Source of the DNA: Elusimicrobiales bacterium
GTDB lineage: Bacteria; Elusimicrobiota; Elusimicrobia; Elusimicrobiales; UBA9959
Direction: 5' to 3'
NCBI GenBank assembly: GCA_023701245.1
Contig: JAMPXK010000005.1
Location: 385-64,384, forward strand
Length of the DNA stretch: 64,000 nt
This document shows positions 46,356-55,155 of the stretch, piece by piece. The notes under the pieces are model-generated. The model was not told where the DNA came from and did no database searches. It saw only the letters and a list, made by a program, of their open reading frames with translations. Positions within the stretch are counted from its first letter, which is position 1. Each line of letters starts with the position of its first letter. A program made the position numbers and the translations under genes.

Positions 46356-47420
46356 TCAGAGTTTTTTGTCCGAGCGGACGGCCCAGCGCAGTTTGGCGCA
46401 GGCCGAGCGCGGGTTGGAGCGGCGTTCCGCCGGCGTGGGCCTGACGGGCGTGGGCGCCACCTGCGAGTACAGCCCCTCCGCCTCGCCGCGGGCGAAAGCC
46501 TTCTTCACCCTGCGGTCCTCCCCGGAATGGAAAGACAGGATAGCCGCGCGGCCGCCGGGCCGCAGGCACCACGGCAGCGCCTCCAGGAAACGGTCCAGGG
46601 CGCTGAATTCGTCGTTGACCTCTATGCGCAGGGCCATGAAGACCCGCTGCAGGCATTTGCGCACTATCTCCTCGCTCATTTTGGGGTGCAGGGCCTTAAG
46701 CCCGGCGCGCACTATGCCGGCGAGTTCGGCCGTGGTGGCGGGCGGCACGGGCTGGTCCTTGATGGCGGCGGCCACGTCCCGGGAGTGGGTCTCGTCCGCG
46801 TTCTCTTCCAGCAGGGCGGCCAGTTTCTCCCGGGAGACGGTCTTGAGGAATTCCGAGGCGGGCTGGCCCCGGCCCGGGTTCAGGCGCAGGTCCAGGGGGC
46901 CGTCGGCCTTGTAGGTAAAACCGCGCTCCGGGTTGTCCAGCTGCATGGAGGATACGCCCAGGTCCGCCAGGACGCCGTCGAACCCTCCGCCGGCCTCGCC
47001 CAGGAGGCCCAGGATCCCCGCGAAATTCATCTTGCGTATCACCAGCTCGGCCGGGCCGTAGCCCAGCGCCCGCAGGCGGGCCTCGGTCTTGGGCAGCTCG
47101 GTGGCGTCCACGTCCACCGCGAACAGGCGGCCGCCGGGCCTTAGCCGCGGCAGCAGGTTCTGGGCGTGGCCGCCGTAGCCCAGCGTGGCGTCAAAACAGG
47201 TCTCGCCGGGTTTCGGGTCCAGGATGCCCAGGATCTCTTCCACGCAGATGGGGCGGTGGGTGCCGGCCGGGGTCAGGCCCTTGGCCAGGATGTGCTCTAT
47301 CTGGTCCGCGTATTTGGCGGGGTCCAGTTCCTTGTATTTCTGGTCGAAACGGCGCGGGTGCTTGCCGGCGTAGCGGACGCGCCGTTTATGGGGCTGGGGA
47401 GCGGGGGTATCTTCGGTCAT
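46356..47420 (-). CDS. rsmH: RsmH/MraW-family SAM-dependent methyltransferase
   Basis: DATLGYGGH, DLGVSSMQLD, ERGF, FHSGEDRRVKKAF. ATG 47420 preferred. Confidence 0.8.
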   Translation of the reverse strand: MTEDTPAPQPHKRRVRYAGKHPRRFDQKYKELDPAKYADQIEHILAKGLTPAGTHRPICVEEILGILDPKPGETCFDATLGYGGHAQNLLPRLRPGGRLFAVDVDATELPKTEARLRALGYGPAELVIRKMNFAGILGLLGEAGGGFDGVLADLGVSSMQLDNPERGFTYKADGPLDLRLNPGRGQPASEFLKTVSREKLAALLEENADETHSRDVAAAIKDQPVPPATTAELAGIVRAGLKALHPKMSEEIVRKCLQRVFMALRIEVNDEFSALDRFLEALPWCLRPGGRAAILSFHSGEDRRVKKAFARGEAEGLYSQVAPTPVRPTPAERRSNPRSACAKLRWAVRSDKKL

Positions 47421-47478
47421 GGCAAAAAAGGGCTTCCCGGGTATAACGGGAAGCCCTCCTCGCACCGGCAGGGGCCGC

Positions 47479-47724
47479 TTATTTCAGGTGCTTGGAGACC
47501 AGGCTGGTCATTTCGAACATGGTGACCTGGTTCTTGCCGAATATCTTCAGCAGCTTGTCGTCGGCGTTGATGTTGCGCTTGTTGACCTTGTCCTGCAGGC
47601 CGTTGGCCTTTATGTACACCCACAGCTTCTTGACCACTTCCGTGCGGGGAAGCGGGGTGCTGCCCACTATGGCCGCCAGTTCGGCTGACGGGGTGAGGGG
47701 TTTCATGAACGAGGGATTTGCCAT
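47479..47724 (-). CDS. SWIB/MDM2 domain protein (81 aa)
   Basis: LAAIVGSTPLPRTEVVKKLWVYIKANGLQD...INADDKLLKIFG matches the SWIB domain pattern. Confidence 0.8.
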   Translation of the reverse strand: MANPSFMKPLTPSAELAAIVGSTPLPRTEVVKKLWVYIKANGLQDKVNKRNINADDKLLKIFGKNQVTMFEMTSLVSKHLK

Positions 47725-47815
47725 TGTATTTCTCCTTGAAATTGACCGAAGCGCCTTTAATGCGGCGCTATGCCACTATAGTACCAAATTCACCCGCTTT
47801 TGGGTAAGACCGCGG

Positions 47816-48676
47816 TCAGGCCAGGTAGCCCATCAGCCGGTAGACCAGTTTGGCCGCCGCCAGTTCCGTAATGTTGGAACCGCGCACCGGGGCCGTCTCC
47901 ACTACATCCACGCCTACCACCTTTTTGGCGGCGCAGACGGCTTTGAAAAGGCGCAGGGCCTCGTGCCAGCGGAAACCGCCCGGCTGCGGGGTGCCGGTGC
48001 CCGGCATTACCGAGGGGTCGAAACCGTCCACGTCTATGGTTATATAGACGGTGCCGGTCAGTTCGCGCAGGATGGTCCGCTCCAGCTTTTTGAAATCCAG
48101 GTTCTCGTGCATCAGGTGGGTTTTGACGTTGCCGGCATTGTGGTACTGCCGCTCGTCCGCGCCCACGCTGCGGATGCCGATCTGCACCACTTTGGCGGTG
48201 CGGGAGGCGGGGTGCAGGGCACAGGCGTGGCTGTGCCGCGAGCCGTGGTAAGCGGAGCGCAGGTCGGCGTGGGCGTCGAAATGCAGGATGGAGAGGTTTT
48301 TGTGGCGGCGGAGGAAGGGGGGCAGCAGGGCCTGGGTGATGCTGTGCTCGCCGCCCAGGAAGAACGGCACGGCCCTGGTGGCGGCAAGCAGGCTCTCCAC
48401 CGTCTTCTCCAGCGCCGGGAAAAATTTAGCCTCGGACAGGGCGCAGTTCACGGGTTCGACCGTGAAAATGCCTTTGCGCCACGTCTCCGCTTTCACTTCT
48501 TCGTCCCACAGTTCCACCTGCGGGGAGGCGGCTATGATGGCGGCCGGGCCTTTGCCGGTGCCTCGGCCGTAGGAGACGGTCTTTTCGTAGGGCACGGGCA
48601 GCACCGCGAAGGCCGCGCCGGCCAGGGAGGTCTTGTTGTCTATCAGGAATTGGTGTTTAGCTTTTTTTAATGACAT
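47816..48676 (-). CDS. speB: agmatinase (arginase family)
   Basis: GGEHSIT, HFDAHADLR, DVDGFDP metal-binding motifs. Confidence 0.85.
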   Translation of the reverse strand: MSLKKAKHQFLIDNKTSLAGAAFAVLPVPYEKTVSYGRGTGKGPAAIIAASPQVELWDEEVKAETWRKGIFTVEPVNCALSEAKFFPALEKTVESLLAATRAVPFFLGGEHSITQALLPPFLRRHKNLSILHFDAHADLRSAYHGSRHSHACALHPASRTAKVVQIGIRSVGADERQYHNAGNVKTHLMHENLDFKKLERTILRELTGTVYITIDVDGFDPSVMPGTGTPQPGGFRWHEALRLFKAVCAAKKVVGVDVVETAPVRGSNITELAAAKLVYRLMGYLA

Positions 48677-48743
48677 AAGAAGGTCCTGAATGAAAGATCC
48701 GGGCCTCGGACTTCCGGCCCGGATCTGAAACCCGGCCGGCGGC

Positions 48744-49295
48744 CTAGAATATGAAGACGGCTGCCGCTACGGTGGTGGTCCAGACGCCTTCGGAACCGAT
48801 GGCGCTCTGGGTGATGTTGGAAGCTTTAACGATCTTGCCGCTGAGCTTCCAGATCTCTTCCTTCTGGTCCCAGGTGGTCTCGCTGCCGAATTCCACGCCC
48901 TGGATGGTCGATAACATCATGGCCGCCAGGTCTTCGGCGTAGTCGCCGGTCTTTTCGTCGGTCTCGCCGAAAGTGTGGTGCTCGGAGATGTACCCGTAAT
49001 GGGACTTGTCCTTGGGGACGGCCAGCCCCACGGAAGCCGCTATCAGGCGGTGGTTCTCGTTTATGGTGTTGCGGCTCAGCACGCAGTGCAGGATCTGGCC
49101 GTCGCGCAGCTTTTCCAGGCCTTTCTGCTTGGGGATGACCTTGCAGTAGGGGGGGAAGATGCTGGAGACGTGCACAAGGTTGTACTTGGCTATCTTTGCG
49201 TCCCGGAGGGCCTCCTCGAAGCTCGCCAGCTTTTCCTTGTGGCGGCCGAGGCCTTTGGTCAGAAAGACTTCTTTGGGAACGAGGAGCTGTGACAT
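48744..49295 (-). CDS. pdaD: pyruvoyl-dependent arginine decarboxylase
   Basis: The size (183 aa) and the N-terminal VP..VFLTKG.G and LVHVSSIFPP self-cleavage region match PdaD. Confidence 0.85.
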   Translation of the reverse strand: MSQLLVPKEVFLTKGLGRHKEKLASFEEALRDAKIAKYNLVHVSSIFPPYCKVIPKQKGLEKLRDGQILHCVLSRNTINENHRLIAASVGLAVPKDKSHYGYISEHHTFGETDEKTGDYAEDLAAMMLSTIQGVEFGSETTWDQKEEIWKLSGKIVKASNITQSAIGSEGVWTTTVAAAVFIF

Positions 49296-49380
49296 GACTC
49301 AATTATAATAAATATGGCGGTGGAATAAAAAAATACCGCCGGCGCGGGGGCCGGCGGCACTTTTTCCGGGGGGCCGGGGC

Positions 49381-50529
49381 TTACCTGTTCACGTGGATGA
49401 CCTTCGCCGGCGGGAAGCCGTTGAAGTACGTGGACGAGGCGTGGCTGTAGGCGCCCATGTTGGTGCTGTACATCAGTTCGCCCAGCTGCAGGTCGGTCGG
49501 CAGCGGCATCGCGGTGGAGATCACGTCCAGGGCGTCGCAGGTGGGGCCGAACACGGCGCAGTTCTCGGTCTTCTTGCCTTTGCGGAAGGAGAACATGTTG
49601 CAGTGCTGGTGGTCGAAGATGATGCCCGAGTAGGTGTGGTAGGCGCCGTCGTCCACGTAGTAGCAGGTCTTGCCGTCGCGCACGGTCTTGCCGTTGATGC
49701 GCACCACGGAAGTGCCGGCGGTGGCTATCATGAAGCGGCCGGGCTCGGCCAGGATCTCTATCTTCGGGTCCGGGAAGAGGCGTTCCAGCTCGGCGTTGAT
49801 GATCTTCGCCAGTTCCTGGAAGGGCTTCACGGAGGCGTCGTACGGGGCCGGGAAGCCGCCGCCGATGTCGAGCAGGTTCATCTTGTCGTAGCCGCGTTCC
49901 TTGGCTTCCTTGAAGATGTCGGCGGCCAGGTTGATGGCCTGCACGTAGTTCTCGAAGTTGGTGGTCTGGCTGCCCACGTGGAAGCTCAGGCCCTCTACGC
50001 CGAGGCCCTGCTTTACGGCCTCCAGGATGAGGTCCACGGCTTCGCCGGGGGAGGCGCCGAACTTGGAGGAGAGTTCCACCACCGCGCCGGTATTGGCCAC
50101 CCTGATGCGCAGGCAGAGGCCCGCGTGCGGGGCGTACTTCTTTATCTTGTGAATTTCTTCCAGGTTGTCGAACGTGACGAGCGGCCTGTACTGGTCCAGC
50201 TCCTTAAGGGTCTCGTTCGGCTTTATCGGGTTAGCGTATATGATCTTGTCCCAGATCCAGGCCAGCCGCTTCTTGTTCGGCATGTTCTTGATGTACTCAT
50301 GCACGACCATGAACTCCGGCATGGAGGCCACGTCGAAGCTGGCGCCCGCCTTGTAGAGCGTTTTCACTATCTCCGTCATCGGCTCGCACTTCACCGCGTA
50401 GTAAGCCTGCACGCGCGGCAGGTGCTTCTTGAACGTGGCGTAGTTCTTGCGGATCTCATCGTGGTCCACGATGAATAGGGGGGTACCGTGCTTCTTGGCC
50501 AGGTCCTGCATCTGTTTCTTTGTGATCAT
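49381..50529 (-). CDS. group IV PLP-dependent decarboxylase, ornithine (or lysine/ornithine) decarboxylase-like
   Basis: YAVKCEP (PLP Lys), IGGGFP, GPTCDALD. Confidence 0.8.
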   Translation of the reverse strand: MITKKQMQDLAKKHGTPLFIVDHDEIRKNYATFKKHLPRVQAYYAVKCEPMTEIVKTLYKAGASFDVASMPEFMVVHEYIKNMPNKKRLAWIWDKIIYANPIKPNETLKELDQYRPLVTFDNLEEIHKIKKYAPHAGLCLRIRVANTGAVVELSSKFGASPGEAVDLILEAVKQGLGVEGLSFHVGSQTTNFENYVQAINLAADIFKEAKERGYDKMNLLDIGGGFPAPYDASVKPFQELAKIINAELERLFPDPKIEILAEPGRFMIATAGTSVVRINGKTVRDGKTCYYVDDGAYHTYSGIIFDHQHCNMFSFRKGKKTENCAVFGPTCDALDVISTAMPLPTDLQLGELMYSTNMGAYSHASSTYFNGFPPAKVIHVNR

Positions 50530-50619
50530 ACTTTTGTCTCGTCTTCCTCCGTTTCCGATTATGATTTTACTTCAGAACTTAAGAGCGGGCCCGGCATTTC
50601 CGCCGGGCCCGCTGGCGCC

Positions 50620-52077
50620 TTAGTCGCCGTCCGTGATCAGGAAGTTCTTGAACTGCCAGGGGTCCTTCTTGTCCACGTACGGGTTGTTGAAGCCCTTGAA
50701 GGCGTTGGTGTAATGCTTCAGGGGGGTCCAGTCGGACTTGGCCGAGTGCAGCTTGCCCAGCCAGGGCTTGGCGATCTTGAGCACGTAGTCGTGCGGCAGG
50801 TCGTCGGGCACGCAGACGCCCTCTTCCTGGTTGTCCATCATCCACATCGCGGCCGACAGCACGCCTATGGCCACCTGGATGGTGGTGGCGTTCTGGTGGG
50901 GGATAAGCTTGCGGCTCTCGTGGATGTCCAGGATGGTGCCGGTCCACCAGGCGTTGTAGTCGTGGCCCATCAGCAGGGCGCCCAAGGTGTCGTAACCGCT
51001 TATGATCTCGTCTCCGAGGATGCGCACTTTCTTCTGCAGCTTGTAGTCGTAGCCGCGCAGCTCGTTGAGCGAGGCGATGGCGGAATCCGACGGGCAGTAC
51101 GCGTAGTGCACGGTGGGGCGGTACACGGCCTTGCCGTTCTTCCATACGGTCAGCTTGTCCGACAGCGTGAAGGCCTCGCCGTGGCGCACCAGCATGCCGT
51201 GGATGCAGTAGTTGGGCACCCAGGTGGAGATCCAGGTGTTCATGCCCATGCGGGCGATGCAGATCTGGTTCTTGGGGCCGCTCTTGTGCTCGCAGGCGAA
51301 CGGGGGGAGGGTCTTCTCGTGCGTGCCCCAGCCCAGTTCGGCCGGCGCCACGCCTTCTTCGCGGAAACCTTCCACGCTCCAGGTGTTGACGAACTCGTTG
51401 ACCTGCTTGGGCTTGTTGGTGAGCTGGGTGTCGCGCTCGCTGACGTGGATGACCTTAACGCCGAGCTCCTTGGCGAGCACGTTGAAAGTGCGGTCGTTAA
51501 CCAGCTGGCGCAGCTTCTCCGCCCTGGCGCCCTTCGCTTTCTTGTCGGCGATAAGGCTGTTGGCGATGTCGATAAGGCCTTTCTTGGCGAAGTGGGAGAT
51601 CAGGCCCGGGTTGGCGCCGTGCTCGATGACGGCGGTGGGGCCGGGGGTCTTCCACTTGGCTATCATCTTGCGCATGGCCATGTGGCGCACGTAGAGGGTG
51701 CGTTCGGTGGGGTGCTTCTTCTCGGCGTCCTTGTAGGGGTCCCACAGCTCGGTGGAGGTGTTGATGTAGAGCACGCCGCGGTCGTGGCACCACTGCAGGA
51801 TCTCGCAGGCGTCTATGTTCCAGGCGAGGTCTATGAGCATGTCGCCGGGCTTGAGGTACTTGCCGAGCAGGGAGCTCATGTTGCTCTTGGTGACCTGCGC
51901 GCGCACGTATTTCACGCCCTTGGCCAGCATGGGCTTGAGCGCTTCGCGCTTGTCCTCGAAATCCATCACCGTGATGTTCTTCGCGGGGACCTTGATAAGT
52001 TTGAACAGCATCGGCAGGGCGCACTGCGCCACGGAACCGTAGCCCACGAAAAGTATCTTGTTCTTGAATTCTTTCAT
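50620..52077 (-). CDS. hss: homospermidine synthase (saccharopine dehydrogenase-like)
   Basis: ILFVGYGSVAQ Rossmann and DLAWNIDACEILQWCHDRGVLYINTSTELWDPY. The ~485-aa length matches bacterial HSS as I recall it. Confidence 0.75.
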   Translation of the reverse strand: MKEFKNKILFVGYGSVAQCALPMLFKLIKVPAKNITVMDFEDKREALKPMLAKGVKYVRAQVTKSNMSSLLGKYLKPGDMLIDLAWNIDACEILQWCHDRGVLYINTSTELWDPYKDAEKKHPTERTLYVRHMAMRKMIAKWKTPGPTAVIEHGANPGLISHFAKKGLIDIANSLIADKKAKGARAEKLRQLVNDRTFNVLAKELGVKVIHVSERDTQLTNKPKQVNEFVNTWSVEGFREEGVAPAELGWGTHEKTLPPFACEHKSGPKNQICIARMGMNTWISTWVPNYCIHGMLVRHGEAFTLSDKLTVWKNGKAVYRPTVHYAYCPSDSAIASLNELRGYDYKLQKKVRILGDEIISGYDTLGALLMGHDYNAWWTGTILDIHESRKLIPHQNATTIQVAIGVLSAAMWMMDNQEEGVCVPDDLPHDYVLKIAKPWLGKLHSAKSDWTPLKHYTNAFKGFNNPYVDKKDPWQFKNFLITDGD

Positions 52078-52168
52078 TTTAATTTTCACCGCCTTGTTGT
52101 AATAACTTCGCCTTCCCGCGCCCGAATTTCTTTCGCGCGGGAGATAAATTATATACAAATATTTTCGG

Positions 52169-52205
52169 AAAATAAAAAAGCACGACGAGAAAATTTACGT
52201 CGCGC
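52169..52205 (-). terminator. intrinsic terminator of the coiled-coil operon
   Basis: On the minus strand, GCGCGACG-taaattttct-CGTCGTGC followed by TTTTTTATTTT. Confidence 0.7.
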
Positions 52206-52249
52206 TTTCGGGCGGCTTCGCGGGGCCGCCTGGCGGGGGGACGGGGGCG

Positions 52250-55153
52250 CTATTTGCCCAGGTCCTTGAGCTTGTCCTGGTAGTCTTTTTCCAGGCGCTC
52301 CCTGGCTTCTTTGAAGCGGCGGGCCAGGTCCGTTTCGCGGGCCGCGTAGCTTTCCTGCAGCGCGGCCTCGCGCTTCTGCAGGTCGCCCACCAGCCGCTGC
52401 TCCTGCTCCAGCAGGCCCTTGAGCTTGGCGCGCTCGCCTTCCAGCTGGGCGGCGCGCATGCGCTGGGAATCTTCCAGGTCCTTGCGGCGCGCTTCGAATT
52501 CCGCCCGGAGCTTGTCTTCCAGTTCCTGCAGGCGGGTGTCGTAAGAGGTTATGGCCTGGTTCAGCTGGGCGTTCTTGCGCTCCAGTTCTTCCTTGAGGCG
52601 GTTCACGTTGTCGGCGAGGGCGCGGTCGGTGTCCACGTTGGCGGACTTATCCGCCAGCATGGCCTGGTAGCTGCTCTCCAGCTGGGCCTGCCTGGCCTCC
52701 AGGGACTTCTCCTTCACCTTCAGCGCGTCGGTCATGGCGGCGGTCACGTTGCGTTCCCGTTCCATGTAGGCGGCTTCCATGTCCTTGGCCTGCGCGGCCA
52801 GGCGCGCGTCGAAATCGTCCTTCATGAACTGGAGTTTGCGGAAATAGTCTTCCTGGTCCGCCTTGCGCGCCTCGTCGCCGCGCTTGGAGAGTTCCTTTAT
52901 CTGGCCCAGGTAGTTCTGCTCTATGTCCTTGAGCTTGTCCAGGAATTCCTTTTCCAGCGTCTGGCGCAGGTCGCGAGACTTGGTGAGGTTCTCCTGTATG
53001 AGTTTCTGGCGCTCGCGCTCGCTCTCTTCCAGGCGGTGGGTGAGGGATTCCAGCTGGCCGCGGGCGGCGGAGAGTTCTCCGGAGGCGGAGCCGGCTTCGG
53101 CGGTGGCCTTGGCCAGGCCTTCCTCCAGGGCCTTCACCCTGGAGCTGATGTCGCGTTCCTTCAGCTGGAAGGTTTCCTGCAGGTGGCGGGCGGCGGTAAC
53201 GGCAGCGTCGTCGGCGGCCTGGCGCAGGTCCTTTTCGCGGTGCTCGTAGAAAACTTTCAGTTCGGCCTCGCGGCGGGCGGCCTTTTCCTTCTCCTCGGCG
53301 CGCGCCTTGGCTTCGGCCTGGGCGGCTTCGGCGGCCAGGGCGTCGCGTTCCTCCTCCCAGGACCGGCGGGCGGCCGCGGCCTGGGCTTTAAGGATCTCGG
53401 CGTTGCGTTTGAAATTTTCGGTTACCTCGGCCTCGCGGGCCCGCAGGTTCTCCATGAAGCCGGCTTCCACCTCTACGGCGCGCCGGTTGAGCGCCTCGCG
53501 CTCCTTTTCCAGCGCCTCTTCCTTTATCCTGAGCTGGGCGGTAAGGCGGGCGCTTTCCACCTGCAGGCGCTCGGCGTAGGAAGCCTTGGCCTCCTCCTCG
53601 CGCTGCTGGGCTTCGGCCTTGAGGCGTTCGGCCCTGGCGCGGAACTCGGCTTCCAGTTTTTCGCGCTCGGCGTCTATGCGCGCCCGCTCGGATTCCAGCA
53701 GGCCGTGGGCCTGCGAGTCGCGGGCCAGCAGGGCGTCCTTTATGCGGGTGTTCTCCTCCTGCAGGGCGTTGGCGCGCGCCGTGGCGGCGTCCTTCTGCGC
53801 GTTCAGGGCGGATAACTGCAGTTCCATGTCCTCGTATTTCTTGGCGAGGGTTATTTCCTTGATCTTGTAGGATTCTTCCAGGGACTGGCGCAGCAGGGAG
53901 ACGCGGTCGTCGAAAGTCCTTTCCAGTTCCTGCTGCTTCTGTTCCAGCAGGGAGCTGATCTGGCGGCGCATGTCGCCTATCTCGCGGCGCTCCGCGGCGG
54001 TGCGGGCCTCGCGCTCTTCCAGGGCGCTCTGGCGCCTTTCGGACTCCGCCGCGAAATCCGCCAGGCTGGCCGCAAAGCGCTGCTCCAGGGCCTTCTCCTT
54101 CTTAAGGAGGGAATCCTTGCCGCGGGCGGCCTCTTCGCGCAGTTCGCGCGCCATCTGGTCGTGCCTCTCCGCCAGTTCCTTCTCGCGGACCAGGTGCTGG
54201 GCGTGCAGTTCCCGCGAAGCCGCTTCCAGGGAAACTTCCTTCTGCCGGTAAAAATCTTTCAGCTCGGAGTATTTCTCCTCCCAGCTCTTCTCGCGGAGGT
54301 CCAGTTCCTCGCGGGCCTTGGCCAGGGAATCCTCCAGGCGCTGGGTGCGGTCGCGGAACTCGGTCTCCGCCGCTTCCAGCCTGCGGGCGGCTTTCTCCTC
54401 CAGCAGCTTCTTGTTCTCCTCCAGCCAGGAGGTATAGTGGGCGTAAAGGTCCTGCTCGCGCTTGGTGAACTCCGCGTTGAGGCGGTCGTTGAGGGCCTTT
54501 ATCTCCTCCACGCGCTCGCGGCGCATCTGGCTGCGGATCTCTTCGGTGGCCAGGGCCTCGCGGCTCTTGTAGTCCGCTTCCTGCTGACTGAGTTTCTGGC
54601 GCCAGAGCTCTTCCATCTGGCGGGCGCGTTCCAGGGCCTCTTTCTGGGCCGTGGCGCGGCCCAGCTTCAGTTCTTCTATGAAAGTTTCCCGTTCCGTCTT
54701 GAAATCGGCTTCGCGCTCCTCTTCCCATTTGCGGAAGAGGGCTTCCATCTCCACGCGCAGGTTCTTTTTCTGGGCGGCGAGTTCCGTCTCTTTCTTCTCT
54801 ATGTCGGCCTTCAGGAGGGCCCGCTCGGCCTCGAACTCGGCGCGCTGGCGGTTTACGGCGTCGTCGAGCATGGCCTGGTACTTCTGCCAGAGGGCGGATT
54901 CTTTCTCCACCAGCAGGCGGGCCAGGTCCTGCTCGCGCTTGGCTATGCGCTCTTCCTGGGCGCGCATCAGGGCTTCGAACTCGGCCTCTTTGGCCTTGTT
55001 GTTGCGCTGCACCTCGTCGAAGCTGCGCGACCGCGTGGAAGCCACCTCCAGCTCCTTCTCCCGGAGCTCGGAGGTAAGGCGCAGGATCATCTTGGCCGAA
55101 TCCAGTTCGGTCTCCTTAAGGATGTCCTCGTAGTCGTGACCCGCGCCGGGCAT
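52250..55153 (-). CDS. giant coiled-coil protein (967 aa)
   Basis: Continuous E/R/K/A/L/Q-rich sequence with no enzymatic motifs, TM segments or signal peptide. Confidence 0.8.
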   Translation of the reverse strand: MPGAGHDYEDILKETELDSAKMILRLTSELREKELEVASTRSRSFDEVQRNNKAKEAEFEALMRAQEERIAKREQDLARLLVEKESALWQKYQAMLDDAVNRQRAEFEAERALLKADIEKKETELAAQKKNLRVEMEALFRKWEEEREADFKTERETFIEELKLGRATAQKEALERARQMEELWRQKLSQQEADYKSREALATEEIRSQMRRERVEEIKALNDRLNAEFTKREQDLYAHYTSWLEENKKLLEEKAARRLEAAETEFRDRTQRLEDSLAKAREELDLREKSWEEKYSELKDFYRQKEVSLEAASRELHAQHLVREKELAERHDQMARELREEAARGKDSLLKKEKALEQRFAASLADFAAESERRQSALEEREARTAAERREIGDMRRQISSLLEQKQQELERTFDDRVSLLRQSLEESYKIKEITLAKKYEDMELQLSALNAQKDAATARANALQEENTRIKDALLARDSQAHGLLESERARIDAEREKLEAEFRARAERLKAEAQQREEEAKASYAERLQVESARLTAQLRIKEEALEKEREALNRRAVEVEAGFMENLRAREAEVTENFKRNAEILKAQAAAARRSWEEERDALAAEAAQAEAKARAEEKEKAARREAELKVFYEHREKDLRQAADDAAVTAARHLQETFQLKERDISSRVKALEEGLAKATAEAGSASGELSAARGQLESLTHRLEESERERQKLIQENLTKSRDLRQTLEKEFLDKLKDIEQNYLGQIKELSKRGDEARKADQEDYFRKLQFMKDDFDARLAAQAKDMEAAYMERERNVTAAMTDALKVKEKSLEARQAQLESSYQAMLADKSANVDTDRALADNVNRLKEELERKNAQLNQAITSYDTRLQELEDKLRAEFEARRKDLEDSQRMRAAQLEGERAKLKGLLEQEQRLVGDLQKREAALQESYAARETDLARRFKEARERLEKDYQDKLKDLGK

Positions 55154-55155
55154 GA

